From NCBI RefSeq assembly GCF_009914755.1, contig NC_060930.1: a stretch of 64,000 nt of DNA, one strand, 5' to 3'. The position numbers were made by a program, and so were the translations under genes. Position 1 is the stretch's first letter, and the number at the start of each line of letters is the position of its first letter. Of this stretch, positions 45,410 through 59,700 are shown piece by piece. The DNA is from the human T2T-CHM13v2.0 reference genome, Homo sapiens. A model generated the notes under the pieces. It saw only the letters and a program-made list of their open reading frames with translations. It made no database searches and had not been told where the DNA came from.

Positions 45410-48400
45410 GGGGAGGGTGATATTGCTCCTTATATCATGGGGTGTGTACACCTCCTGTGATCTGGTTTATAATATCCAGAGTGGGTGAGGAGGGTGATAT
45501 TACTCCTAATATCGCAGACAATGTGCAACCGCCTGTGATATGACTTGTAATATCCAGGAGGGGAGAGAAACATGATGTTACTCATTATATCTTGAGGGAT
45601 ATATGACCCCCTGTGATATAATTCGTAATATCTATGGGGAAAAAGAAGGGTGATGTTACTCCCCATATCACGGGGGATGGACACCCTTCTGTGATATGGT
45701 TCATTATACCCAGGTAGGGAAAGGAGGGTGATATTACTTCCCAAACCCCGGGTGTGTACACACATCTGTGATACGGTTGATAATACCCAGGGTGGGAGAG
45801 GAGGGTGATGTTACTTTCAATATCCTGGAGGGTGTACACTTCCCTGTGATATGGTTCAGAATATCCAGGAAGGGAGAAGTGGGTGATATTACACCCCACA
45901 TCACGGGGGGTGTACATCCCTGTGATATGGTTTGTAATATCCAGAAGGGGAGAGGGAGATATTACTTCTCATGTCGTGGGAACCCTACACAACCCTGTGA
46001 TATGGTTCGTAATATGCGGGGTGGGGGGGGAGTGGAGAGGGTGATATTACTCTCCGTATACTGGAGTGCATACACCCCCCTGTGATATGGTTTGTAATAT
46101 CCAGGGGAGGGGGAGAGGGTAATATTACTCCGTGTATCACAGAAAGCGTGAAAGTGTGATAAGGTTCGTAATCTCCCAAGTTTGAGAGGCTGCTGTTACT
46201 CTCCATATAGCAGGGGGCATACACCACTCTGTGATATGATTCGTAATATCCCAGGGAGGAGAGGGTGATATTACTTCCCATATCGCAAGGGGCAAATACC
46301 CTCCTGTGATATGGTTTGTAATATCCCAGTGGGGAGAAGGTGATATTACTCTCCATATTGCAGGGACGTACACCCGCTTGTGATATGGTTTGTAATATTC
46401 TGGGTGGGAGAGGGTAATATTGCTCTCCATAGCATGAGGGGTGGACACCCCCCTGTATATGATTCTTAATATTCCAGGGGAGAGAGGATGATATTACTCC
46501 CCACATCACAGAGGCGTATACCCCCCTGTGTATACATACACAGTATACATACAAGCATACATACTTGGGCGTATACCTCCCAAGTAATATCTTGGGAGAA
46601 AGAAGTTGATATTACTTTCCATATCGTGGGGGCATACACCCCCTTGTTATATGGTTCATAATATCTTGTGGGGTGGGGGGAATATTACTCTCCTAATCGC
46701 AGAGGCGTACACACCTCTGTGATATGGTTCGTAACATCCCAGTGGGGAGAGGGTTATATTACTCCTTATACCGCGGGAGGTGTACACCCCCGTGATATGG
46801 TATGTAATATCTCGGGAAAGAAAGGGTGATATTACTTTCGACATCCTGGAATCTTACACCCCACTGTGACATGGTTCGTAATTTCCAGGAAAGCAGAGGG
46901 TAATATTACTCCCCATATTGCAAGGAGTGTACACCCCATGTGACCTGGTTCGTAATATTTCGGGGGAAAAGTGTGATATTACTTTCCATATTGCGGGGGG
47001 TGTACACCCCCGTGTGACATGGTTAGGAATATTCCAGGGGCGCGTGGGTGATATTACTCACCATATCGTGGAGGACGTACACTTCCATGTGATATGGTTC
47101 ATAATATTCTGGGGGGCATAGGGTGATATTACTCTCCATATAGCGGGGATCATACACACCCCTGTGATATGGTTCATAATATGCAGAGGGAAAGAGGGTG
47201 ATAATACTTTTCATATCACAGTGGGTGTACAACCCCCTACACCCCCTTTTGATAAGATTCATAATATTCCAAAGGGGAGAGGATTATACTACTCCCCATA
47301 GAGCGGGATGTATACACTCCTCTGTGATATGGTTCATATCCCAGGAAATAGAAGGTGATATTACTCCTCATATCATGGGAGGTGTGCACCCCTCATGATA
47401 TGGTCCGTAATATCTGAAGGGGCGGAGAGGGTGATATTACTCCCCATACTGTGGGGGATGTACACTCCGCTTTTATATGATTCATAATATCCAGGAAGGG
47501 AGAGGGTGATATTGCTTCCCATATTGAATGGGGAGTGGTGTACACTCCCCTGTGATATGGTTTGTAATATCCAGGAAAAAAGAGGGCAGTATTACTCCCC
47601 ATATCGTGGAGGGTGTGATGTGCCTCCTAATGTCTTGGGGGCAGAGGGTGATATTACTCCTATTACTCCCCGTATCACGGGGGTTGTACAACTCTTTGTG
47701 ATATGTTTCATTATATCCCGGGGGGGAATAGGGTGATATTACTCCCCATATCACAGGGGGCATACACCCACCTGTGATATGGTTTGTAATAGAGGGCAAA
47801 AGGGTGATATTACTCCCCATGTTGCAGGGGTTTATGCCCCCCTGTGACGTGGTTAGTAATATCCCGGGTGGGAGAGGGTGACATTGTTTTCCATATCACT
47901 AGGGGCATACACCCCCCTGTGATATGGTTTGTAATATTCCAGGGGAGAGAGGTTGATATTACTCCCCATATCGCTGAAGGCTTTTACCTTCCCCCACCCC
48001 GTGATATGGTTCATAATATCTTGGGAAGGAGAAGCCGATATTGCTGCCAATATTGGGGGAGGGTGGGGGGACGTACACCCCTCTGTGATACGGTTCATAA
48101 TATCACAGTGGGGAGAAGGGACTATTACTTTCCTTATTGTGGGGGCATACACACCCCTGTGATGTGGTTCGTAATATCTTGAAGGGAGAGGGTGATATTA
48201 GTCCCCATATCGCCCATGGTGTACACCACCTAGTGATATGGTTTGTAATATCCCACAGGGGAGAGGGTGATATTACTCTAGCTATCGTGGGGCATACACC
48301 CCCTGTGACATGGTTCGTAATTTCCAGCAAAGGAGAAGGTGATATTACTCCCCATATCGCGAAGAGCATACACTTTCCTGTGACATAGTTCGCAATATTT

Positions 48401-49415
48401 TTTGGGGGAAAGGGTGATATTACTTTCCATTTTGTGCCGGGTATACACCCCCCTGTGACATAGTTTGTAATATCTTGGGGAAGAGAGGGTAATATTACTC
48501 CCCATATCGTGGAGGGCATAAAACCCCTGTGATATGGTTTGTAATATTCCATGGGGGAGAGCGTGATATTACTTCCCAAATGGCGTGGGGTGGGGGGGAG
48601 GTACACCCCCTGTGATATCGTTCATAATATCTCGGGGAAGAGAGGGTGATATTACTTCTCATATCACGGAGGGCGTACACCCCCCTGTGATATGGTTTGT
48701 AATATCTTGGGGGGAGAGGGTGATATTATTCCCATATCACTGGGGGAATACATCTTCCTGTGATGTGGTTCCTAATATCCTGGGGCGGAGAGGGTGATAT
48801 GGTTTGTAATACTTCAGGAGAAAGAGAGTGATATTATTCTTCATATCACGGGTGGTGTACAGCACCCTGTGATATGGTTCATAATATCCCAAAGGGGAGA
48901 GAATGATGTTACTCCCATATCACGGGCAGGTACACCCCCTCCGTGATATGGTTCATAATATCTCGGAGTGGAGAGGGTGTTATTACTCTCTATATTGCGG
49001 GAGGCGTGCACCTCTTTGTGATATGATTTGTAATATCCCAGTGGTGGAGGATACTATTACTCCCTATATGGCTGGGGGTGTACACTCCTTTGTGTATGGT
49101 TTGTAATATCTCGGGGGAGCAGCGGGTGAAATTACTGCCCATGTCGCAAGGGGAGTACACCCTCTTTTGATATTGTACATAACATGCCGGTCAGGAGAAG
49201 GTGATATTACTGTCCATATTGTGGGGGGCGTACAGCCCCTTGTGATATCGTTCATAATACCCCGAGGGGGAGAGTGTGTTATTACTGTTCATATCGCCAG
49301 GGAGTACAACCTCCTGTGATATGGTTTGTAATATCCAGAGAGGGAGAGGGTAATATTATTGTCCATATCACAGAGGGCTTTCACCCCCTTGTGATATGGT
49401 TCATAATGTCCAGGG
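45410..49415 (+). repeat. Variant satellite block (probably SATR2-type)
   Basis: Monomers read GAGGGTGATATTACTCCCCATATC...GTGATATGGTT(TG/CA/CG)TAATATC instead of GAGGATGAT...CCCAATATC...GATATTGTTCCT. Confidence 0.88.
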
Positions 49416-52400
49416 GAGGAAGAGGATGATATTACTTTCAATATCACAGGGGGAGTAAACCTCCCTGTGATATTGTTCATAATATCCAGAGAAAAAGAAA
49501 ATGATATTACTCCCAACATCGCAAGAAATTTACACCTCACTCTTATATTGTTTGTAACATCTGGGAGTTGGGGAAAGGATATTACACCTAATATCACAGG
49601 GGTTGTACACCCACTTGTAATATTGGTCGTAATATCCAGTAGGGGAGAGGATGATGTTACTCCCAATATTCTAAACACCCTGTTTGTACACCCACCGTGA
49701 TATTTTTTGTAATATTCGGGGGGAGAGAGGATGATATTACTTCTAATATCACAGGGCGTGTACCCCCCACCCTGGGGTATTGCTCTTAATATTCAGGGGG
49801 GTGAGGATGATATTACTCCATATATCGCAGGGTGTGTACACCCCCTTTAATATTGTTTGTAATATCAAGTGCAAAGAGGATGATATTACTCCCAATATCG
49901 AAAATGGTGTGCACCAACCTGTTATATTGTTTGTAATATCCAGAAAGGGAGAGGAAGACATTACTCCTAATAAAGCAGAAAGTGAAAAACACTTTGTGAT
50001 ATTGTTCGTAATATCCAGGGAGGAAGATGATGATATTACTCTCAACATGGTAAACACGCTGTGTGTACACCCTCTCTGATATTGCTCCAAATATCCAGAG
50101 GAGGAGAGGATGATATTACTGCCAATATGGCACAAGGTGTACATTCTTCCTGTTACATTGTTTCTGATATCCAGGATGGAGCCGATGATATTACTCTTAA
50201 TATTGCAGGGGGTAACCCCATCTGTGATATTGGTCCTAATATCCAGGGTGGGAGAGGATGATATTATTCTCAATATCACAGGAAATGTACACCTTCCCTG
50301 TGATATTGTTCGTAATGTTTAGGGGGTGAGAAGATAATATTACTCCCAATATCACAGGGGGTGTACACCTTCCCGATGACATTGTTGCTAATATGGGGGA
50401 GAAGATGATATTACTCCCAATATTACAGAAGGTGTACACCCCCCTGTGATATTGTTCCTAACATCCAGAAGAAAAGAGGATAATATTACTCTCAATATTG
50501 AAGGAGGTGTACACCCACCCTGTGATATTGTTCTTAATATCCAGGAAGAAAGAGAATGATATTAGTCTTGATATTGAAGGAGATGTACACATCCCCATGA
50601 TATTGTTCCTAATATCTAGAAAAGGGGATAATGATATTGCTCCCAATATCTCAGGGGGTGTACACCTTTTCTGTAATATTGTTTCTAATATCCAGGGGGA
50701 GGAGAAATAGTATTATTCCCAATATTGCAGGGGTTGTACACACTTTCTGTGATATTGTTCATAATATCAAGGGGGAAACAGGATGTTATTACTCTCAATA
50801 TCACCCATTGTGATATTGTTTTTACTATCCAGGGTAGGAAAGGATAATACTACTCCCAATATCGCAGGGGGTGCACACCTGCCTTGTGATATAAAGGGGG
50901 AAAGGATGATATTACTCCCAATATCGCAGGCAGTGTACACCCCCTTTTGATGTGGTTCATAATATCCGAGAGGGGAGAGGATAATATAATTCTCCATATC
51001 GCAGTGGGTGTACATCACCATTTGATATTGTTCGTAATATCCAGGGGGAGAGAATGATATTACTCCAATGTCGCAGAATGTTTACACCACCCTGTGATAT
51101 TGTTCATAATATCGAGAGGGAAAGAGGATGGTATTACTCCCTGTATCTCAGGAAGTGTACACCTCTTTGTGATATTTTTCATTATATCCAGGAGGGAGAG
51201 GATAGTATTACTCCCAATATCACAGAAGATATAACCCCCCTGGGATACTGTTTGTAATACCTAGAGAAAGAGAGGATGATATTACTCCAAATATAGCAGG
51301 GGGTTACGCTCCCCTGTGGTATTGTTTGTAACATCCAGAAGAAAAGAAGATGATATTACTGCCAACATCTCAGGGGAGGTACACCTTTCTATGATATTGC
51401 TCATAATATGCAGAAGGGAAGAGGAAGATATTACTCCTAATATTGCAGGGGGTGTACATCCCCTTGTTATATTGTTCATAATATTCAGAGGGGAGAGGAT
51501 TATATTACTCCCAATATCGCAGAAGGTCTACCCCACCCTATGATATTGCTTGTAATATCCAGGCAAAGAAGAGGATGATACTACTCTCAATATCGAAGGG
51601 GGTGTACACCCATCCTGTGATATTGTTCCTAATATACAGGGAAGAGAAGATAAAACTACTACAAATAACGCAGGGGTTGTCCACTCATCCTGTGATATTG
51701 TTCCTAATATCCAGGGGCTATCCGCATTCCCTGTGATATTGTTTCTAATATCCAGGGTGGGAGATGATAATATTACTCCCAATGATGCAGGGGATGTACA
51801 CCCTCCTCCGTGAAACTGTTCTTAATATCCAAAGCGTGAGAGGATATTACTCACAATATTGCAGGCGGTGGAAACTCCTCCCGTGATATTGTTTCTAATA
51901 TCCAAAGGAAGAGAGGATATTACTCCAAATATAGCAGGGGATGAACACACCCCGGTGATATTGTTTCTAATATCTGGGGTAAAGAGGATGATATTACCCT
52001 TAATATCACAGGGGATGTATATCTACCCTGTGATATTGTTTGTAACATCCAGAATGGAATAAAATAATATTACTCCCAATATCGGAGGGGATGTACACCC
52101 GCCCTGTAATATTGCTCCTAATATCCAGGGGATAGAGGATAATGTTGCTCCCAATATCGCAGGATGTGTAAACCACCCCTGTGATATTGTTCCTAATATG
52201 CGGGGGTGGGGGGGAGGGATGATATTATGTCCAATATCACATCAAATGTACATCTCCCCTGTAATATTCTTTTTAATATACAGGGGAGGGGGAGAGGATG
52301 ACATTACTCCCAGTTTTGCAGGGGATATACACCCCCCCTGTAATATTGTTTCTAATACCCAGGGGGGTAGAGAACGATATTACTTTCAATATTGCAGGCG

Positions 52401-53713
52401 ATGTAAACGCCTTCTGTGATATTGTTCCTAATATCCAGGATATTACTTTCAATATCACACTGGATGTACACGCCCCCTTGATATTTTTCCTAATATCCAT
52501 GGGGAGAAAGGATGATATTATTCCAAATATTTCAGGGGCTGTAACTCCCCACCCCCCTGTTATATTGTTTCTAATATTCAGCAGGGTAGCAACTGATATT
52601 ACTCCCAATATCACAGAAGATGTACGCCCTCCCTGTGATCTTGTTTCTAATATCCAGGGGGAAGAGGATATTATTTTCAATATCACAGGAGGTGTAATCC
52701 TTTTCTGTGATATTGTTTCTATAATCAAGGAAAGAGAGGATAATATTACTCCCAATATCACAGGGAATGTACAAACCCCTCTGATATTGTTTTTAATATC
52801 CAAAGGGAAAGAGCATGATATTACTTCCAATATCGCAAGGGGTGTACATCCCCCCGTTATATTGTTCCTAATATACATGTGGGGAGAGGATAATATTACT
52901 CCCAATATCGCAGGGGATTTACATTTCCCTGTGATATTGTTTCTAACATTCAGGGAGGGAGAGGATGATATTAATCTTAATATCACAAGGGGTGTTCACA
53001 CCTCTGTGATATTGTTCCTAATACCCAGTGGGGGGAAGGTAAATATTACTCGGAATATTTCAAGGAGTGTACACACACCTTGTGGTATGGTTCCTAATAT
53101 ACAGGGGAGAAGAGGATGATACTACTCCAAATGTCGCAGGGGGGTGATATTGTTTTTAATATTTAGGGGAGGAAAGAATAATATTACTCCCAATATTGCA
53201 GGGTGTGTACAACCCCCTTTGATATTGTTCCTAATATTTAGGGAGGGAGACGATGATATTACTGTCAATATCGCAACGGGTTTACACCCCGCCGTGATAT
53301 TGTTCCTAACATCCAGGGAGGGAGAGGATGATATTACTCACAATGTACACCCTCCCATGATATTGTTTTTAATATCCCAGGGGAAGGCAGTGATATTATT
53401 CCCAGTATAGCAAGAGTTGTACACCTTTTGTGTAATATTTTTCTAATATCATGGGGGAAGAGAGGAAGATATTATTCCCAACATCACAAGGGGTGTGCAC
53501 CCACCCTGTGATATTGTTTTTAATATTGAGAAGAAAAGAGAATGACATTACTCCCAATATCACATGGGGTGAAGACCCCCTCTGTGATATTTTTTCTAAT
53601 ATTCAGAGGGTGAGAGGATGATATTACAGCCAATATCGCAGGGGTTGTACAAACTCCTGTGTTATTGATTCTTATATCCATAGGGAGACAGGATGATATT
53701 ACACCCAATATCG
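49416..53713 (+). repeat. SATR1-type satellite, forward polarity (block 3)
   Basis: Return to CCCAATATC/GATATTG monomers up to the fold-back point. Confidence 0.92.
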
Positions 53714-56700
53714 CAATTTTGGGAGTAATATCATCCTTTCCCCTCCTGGATGTTAGTAACAATATTACGGGAGAGTGTACACCTTTTGCAATATTGGGAT
53801 AAATATCATTCAATCCACCCCTGGTATTACAAACAATGTCACAAGAAGGGGTGTATATCCCCTGCGATATCGGGAGTAATTTAATCCTCTCGCACCCTGG
53901 TTGTTAGAAACAATATCACAAGGGGGTTTACACGCTTGCAATATTGGAAGCAACATCATACTTTCTTCGACGGGCTATTAGAAACAATCTCACTGGGGCA
54001 CTGCATACCGCCTGCGATATTGGAAGTAATATAATCTTCTCCCCACCTTGATATTAGAAACAATATCACAGGGAGCGTGTAAACCCTCTGTGATATTGAC
54101 AGTAATGTCATCCTTTCCCTCAATCTATATTAGGAACAATATCACCAAAGGGATGTACACCTTCTGTGATATTGAGGGTATTATCATCCTCTTCCCTCCT
54201 GGATTTTGGGAACACTATCACGTGGTGGGTCTACACCCCTGAAATATTGGGAGTAGTATCATCCTCTCTTCCAGTAGATATTAGGAACAATATCACGCGG
54301 GTGGGGGGCGTGTACAACGCCTGCAATATTGGGAATAATATCATTCTCTCTTTCCCTGGATATTAGGAACAACAACGAGGGGGCGGGGGGAATAAACATC
54401 TCCTGTGATATTTGAAATAACATCATTCTATCATCCTTCGGATATTAGGAACAATATCACAAGAAGATTGTACACCCTTTGCGATATTGAAAGTAATATA
54501 ACACTCTCCTCCTGGATATTATAAACAATATTACGGGGGGTGTACACCCCCTGTCATATCAGTGGTAATATTATCTTCTCCCCCTCTGGATATTTAAGAC
54601 AATATCAAAGCGAAGGTGTACACCTTTGCGTTATTTGGAGTAATATATTTTTCCCTCCCTGGAAATTAGGAACAATATCCCAGGTGGGGTGTACACTCCC
54701 TGCGATATTGAGAGTAATATCACTCTCTCCTTCCTGGATACTAGGAACAATTTCAAAGAGGGGGTGTACAACACCTGGACTAATATCATCTTCCCCTCCC
54801 CCTAATTAACAGGAACAGTATCACAGGGACGATGTACACCCCTGCGATGTTGGGATTTGTATCATCCTCTTCTCCCACTGTGTATTAGAAACAATATCAC
54901 AGAGGAAGTGTACACCCCCTGCAATCCTGGAAGTAATATCCTCTCCCCACTTTAATCTTAGGAAAAAATATCACTAGGAAAGTGTACAAAACTACAATTT
55001 TGAAAGTAATATAATCCTCTTCCTCCCTTCATATTAGAAACAATATCACAGGGCGGGGTGTAAACTCTCTGAGATATTGGAAGTAATATTATTCTCTCCC
55101 TCAGTGTATATTAGGAAGAATATCACAGGGGGTGTGTACACCCCTTGCGATATTGCAAGTAATATCCTCTCCCAACCTGGATATTAAAAACAACATCACA
55201 GGGCTGTGTACACGCCCTGCGATATTGGGAGTAATATCATCCTCTCCTCTCCTGGATATTAGAAACAATTTCAAAGGGGGAGCGTACACCCCCTGCGCTA
55301 TTGAGATTAATATCATTTTCTCTCCCCCCGATATTAGAAACAATATCACAGGGAAGGGGTACAGCCCTTATGATATTGGGAGTAATATTTTCCTCCCCCC
55401 TCTGGATATTAGAAACAATATCACAGGGGGGTGTGCAACCCCTGCAATATTGAAGGTAATACCATCCTCTCCTTCACTGGAAATTAAGAAAAATGTCACA
55501 CGGGGTTTGTAAACCACAAGTGATATTGGTAGTAATATTATACTCTCCCCCCTGGATATAGGGAACAATATTACGTAGGAGGGTACACCCCCTGCGATAT
55601 GGGGAGTAATATTATCTTCTCCACCCCTGGATATTAAAAATAATGTCACAGGGAAGTTGTATACCTGCTACGATATTGCAAATAATATGATCCTTGTTCC
55701 CCCGGATATTAGGAGCAATAAGCGGGAGGGTGTACATCCCCTAATATAGTGGGAGTAATATCCTCTGTGCTCCTCATTATTAGAAACAATATCACCGGGG
55801 GTGGTGTACTCCCTCTTCGATATTGGGTGTAATATCATTTTTTCCCAACTTAAATAATAAGAACAATATCACAGGGAGGTTTTCCCTCTTATGATATTGA
55901 GAGTGATGTCCTCTCCTCCCCTAAATATTAGGAAAAATATCAAAGTGGGGGTGCACAACCTCTGGGATATTAAAACTAATATCATTCTCTCTCCACCTAA
56001 ATATTAAAAACAATATCAAAGGGAGGGCATACACTCTTTTGATATTGGGAGTAATATTATTCTCTCCCCCCATATTAGGAACAATATCACAAAGCAAGTG
56101 TACACCCCCTGAATTATTAAGAGTAATATCATTTTCTCTCCCCACGGATATTAGAAAAAATAGCACTGGAAATGTGTACAACCCCTGCAATATTGAAAGT
56201 AATATAATCCCTTTTCTCCCTGCATATTAAAAAAAAATCACAGGAGTGGGTGTAAACTCCCTGCGATATTGAGAGTAATGTCATCCTCTCCCCACTTTAT
56301 GTTAGAAACAGTATCACTGGAGGTGTGTACATCCTGTGCGATATTGCAAGTAATATCCTTTTTCATCTTGGATATTAAAAACTATATCATAGGGGGGTGT
56401 ACATGCCCTGTGATATTGGGAGTAATATCATCCTCTTTTCTTTTGGATATTAGAAACAATATCGCAGGGGAAGAGTACACCCTGTGCGACATTGAGAGTA
56501 ATATTATTTTCTCTTCACCTAGTTATCAGAAACTGTATGACCGGGCGGGGGGGTTGTACAGCTTCTGCGATATTGGAACTAATATCTTATTTTCCCCTGA
56601 ATATTAGGAACAACAACACAGAGTTTTGTACACCCCCTGCCATATTGAAATAATATTATCTTCTTCTTCACTGAAATTAAGAACAATATCACAGGGGAAT

Positions 56701-59700
56701 GTAAATCCCCTGTGATATTGGGAGTAATATCATCCTCTCCCTTCCTGGATATTAGGAACAATATTACAGTGAGGGTGTACACCTTTTGTGATATTGGGAG
56801 TAATATCATCCTCTCCCCACCCGGATATTAAAATCAATATCACAGGAACGTTGTACACCTGCTGCGTTATTGGGAGTAATGTCACCCTCTCCCCACTCTG
56901 GATATTAGGAACAATATCACGGGGGTGTGTGTATACCCCCTATGTTATTGGGAGTAATACCATCCTCTCCACTCCTACATATTAGTAACAATTTCATAGG
57001 TGGGATGTACACACTCTGTGATATTTTTAATAATATCATTTTCTCCCCCCCTGAATTTTATAAACAATATCACAGGGTGAGTGTACACCCCCTGCGATAT
57101 TGAGAGTAATATCATCCTCTCACCCCCTGGATATTAGAAACAGTATCTCAATGGGGGTGGTACACTGTCTGCAATATTGAGAGTAATATCATCCTCTCTC
57201 CCCAGGATATAAGGAACAATATCACAAAGGAGTTTACACCACCTGCAGTATTGGGAGTAATATCATCTTCTCTTCCACTGGATATTAGAAATAATCTCAC
57301 AGGGAGTGTGTACACCCCCTGCAATATCGGGAGCAATATCATCCTCTTCCCTCTTGGATTTTAAAAACAATATCCCAGGGCTGTTGTACACCACTTGCAA
57401 TATTGAGAGTAATATCATTATCTTTTTTCCTAGATATTAAGAACAATATCACGACGGGGGTTGTGTACATACCCTGCGATACTGGGAGTAATATCCTCTC
57501 TTTCCCTGGATATTAGGAACAAAATCACAGGGGAGTTGAAGACTTCCTGCGATATTTGGAGTAATATCGTTCTTTCCCTTTCCGGATATTAGAAATAATA
57601 TCACAAAGGAGGTGTTCACTACCTGTGGTTTTGGGAGTAATATTAGTCTCTTAGCCTTTGGATATTAAAAACTATATCACAGCGGGGGTGTACATCCTCT
57701 TGGATATTGAAAGTAATGTCACCCTCTTTCTCCCTGGATATTAGAAACAGTATCACAGGAGGGGGTGTACACCCCCTGGGATATTGGAAGTAATATTAAC
57801 CTCTCCTTCTCTGGATATTAGGAACAATATCTCAGAATTGGTGTGCACCCCCTGAGATATTGAAAGTAATATTATCCTGTCCCTTCCTTCATATTAGGAA
57901 CACTATCACAGGGGTAGGGGATAAAGTCCCTGTGACATTCGGAGTAATATTAACCTCTCCCCCACTGTATAGTAGGAACAATATCACAGAAGATGGTGTA
58001 TACACCATGTGATATTTTAAGTAATGTCATCCTCTTTCAACATGGGTGTTATAAACAATATCACAGGATAGTGAACACGCCCTGCAAAATTGGGAGTAAC
58101 ATCACCCTCCTACCTACTGATTATTAGAAACAATATCCCAGAAGGAGTGTATACCTCCTGTGATATTGATAGTAATATTATTTACTACCATTCTGGATAT
58201 TAGAAACAATATCACACAGGGTTCGTACGGCCTCTGTGATATTGGGAGTAATATTATTTTCTCCCCCCCCCCGATATTAGGAAATATGTCACAGGTACAC
58301 CCCCTGCGATATTGAAAGTAATATAATTCTCTTCTTCACTAAATATTAAGAACAATATCACTGGGGGTGTGTAAACCCCCTGAGATATTGAAAGTAATAT
58401 CCTCTCCCCCCGGGATATTAAAAACAATATTACACGAAAATTGTACACCTTCTGCACAATTGGGAGTAATATCATTTTTTCCCTTGCCGGATATTAAGAA
58501 CACTTCCTTCGATATTGGGAGTAATGTCATCTTTTTCTCTCTTGCATATTAAGAACAATATTAGAAGGGGTTTGTACACCCCCTGCAATAGTGGGAGTAA
58601 TATCATCCTCTTCCTCCCTGCATATTAGGAAAAATATCACAGAATGGGTATACACCCTCTGTGATATTGAGAGAAATATCTTCCTATTCACTCCTGGGTA
58701 TTAGAAATAATATCACAAAGTTGGGGGTGTACACCCCCTGCGATACTGGAAGTAGTATTATTTTCTCGCCCCCTGGATATTAGAAACAATATCACAGGGG
58801 GGTTTACACCCATGAAATATTGGAAGTAATATCATCCTTTCTTCCACTGGATGTCAGGAACAATCTCACAGGAGGGGTGTACACCCCCTGCGATTTGGGG
58901 AGTAGTATAATCTCCCCCCTTGATATTAGAAACTATATCTCAGGGGGCTTATAACCCCCCTGTGATATTGACAGCAATAATCATCTTCTCCCTCATTGGA
59001 TATAAAAAAAGTCACAAGTGGAGTGTACACCCCCTGCGATATTGGGAGTAATATCATCCTCTTTTCTCCTGAATATTAGGAATAAAATCAAAGGGCAGGT
59101 GTACACCACCTACGATATTAATAGCATCTTCTCTTTCTCTAGACATTAGGGACAATGTCACAGTGGGGGCATAGACTCCCCCTGTGATATTGAGAGTAAT
59201 ATCATCATCTCTTTCTCTGGATATTGGGAACAATATCACAGAGGGGTTTTACACCCACTATGATATTTGTAGTAATATTATTCTGTCCTCTCCTGGATAT
59301 TAGGAACAATACCACAAGAAGGTTCTACACCCTTTGCGATATCGGGAGTAATATCATCCTCTCTTCCCCTGGAAATTAGGAACAATGTTACAGGGAGCGT
59401 GTACACCCCCTGCCATATTGGGAGTAATGTCATCTTCTCTGCCCTGGATATTTAACGCCATATCACAGGGGTGGTGTACACTACCTGCGAAATTGGGAGT
59501 AATATAATCCTTTCCTCTCTTGATATTAGAAACAATATCAAAAGGGGTGTATCACAATTACACCCCTTGCGATATTGGGAGTAATATCATCCTCTCTCCC
59601 CTTGAATATTAGGAACAATATCACAGGGGTGTGTACACTTTCTGTGATAATGGGACTAATGTCGTCCTCTTCCCCCCTGGATATCAGGCACAATATTACA

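Noticed and set aside
53400-54030. Recent perfect inverted duplication around the fold-back
   Set aside because: Mirror-position monomers do not share private variants; similarity is only at family level
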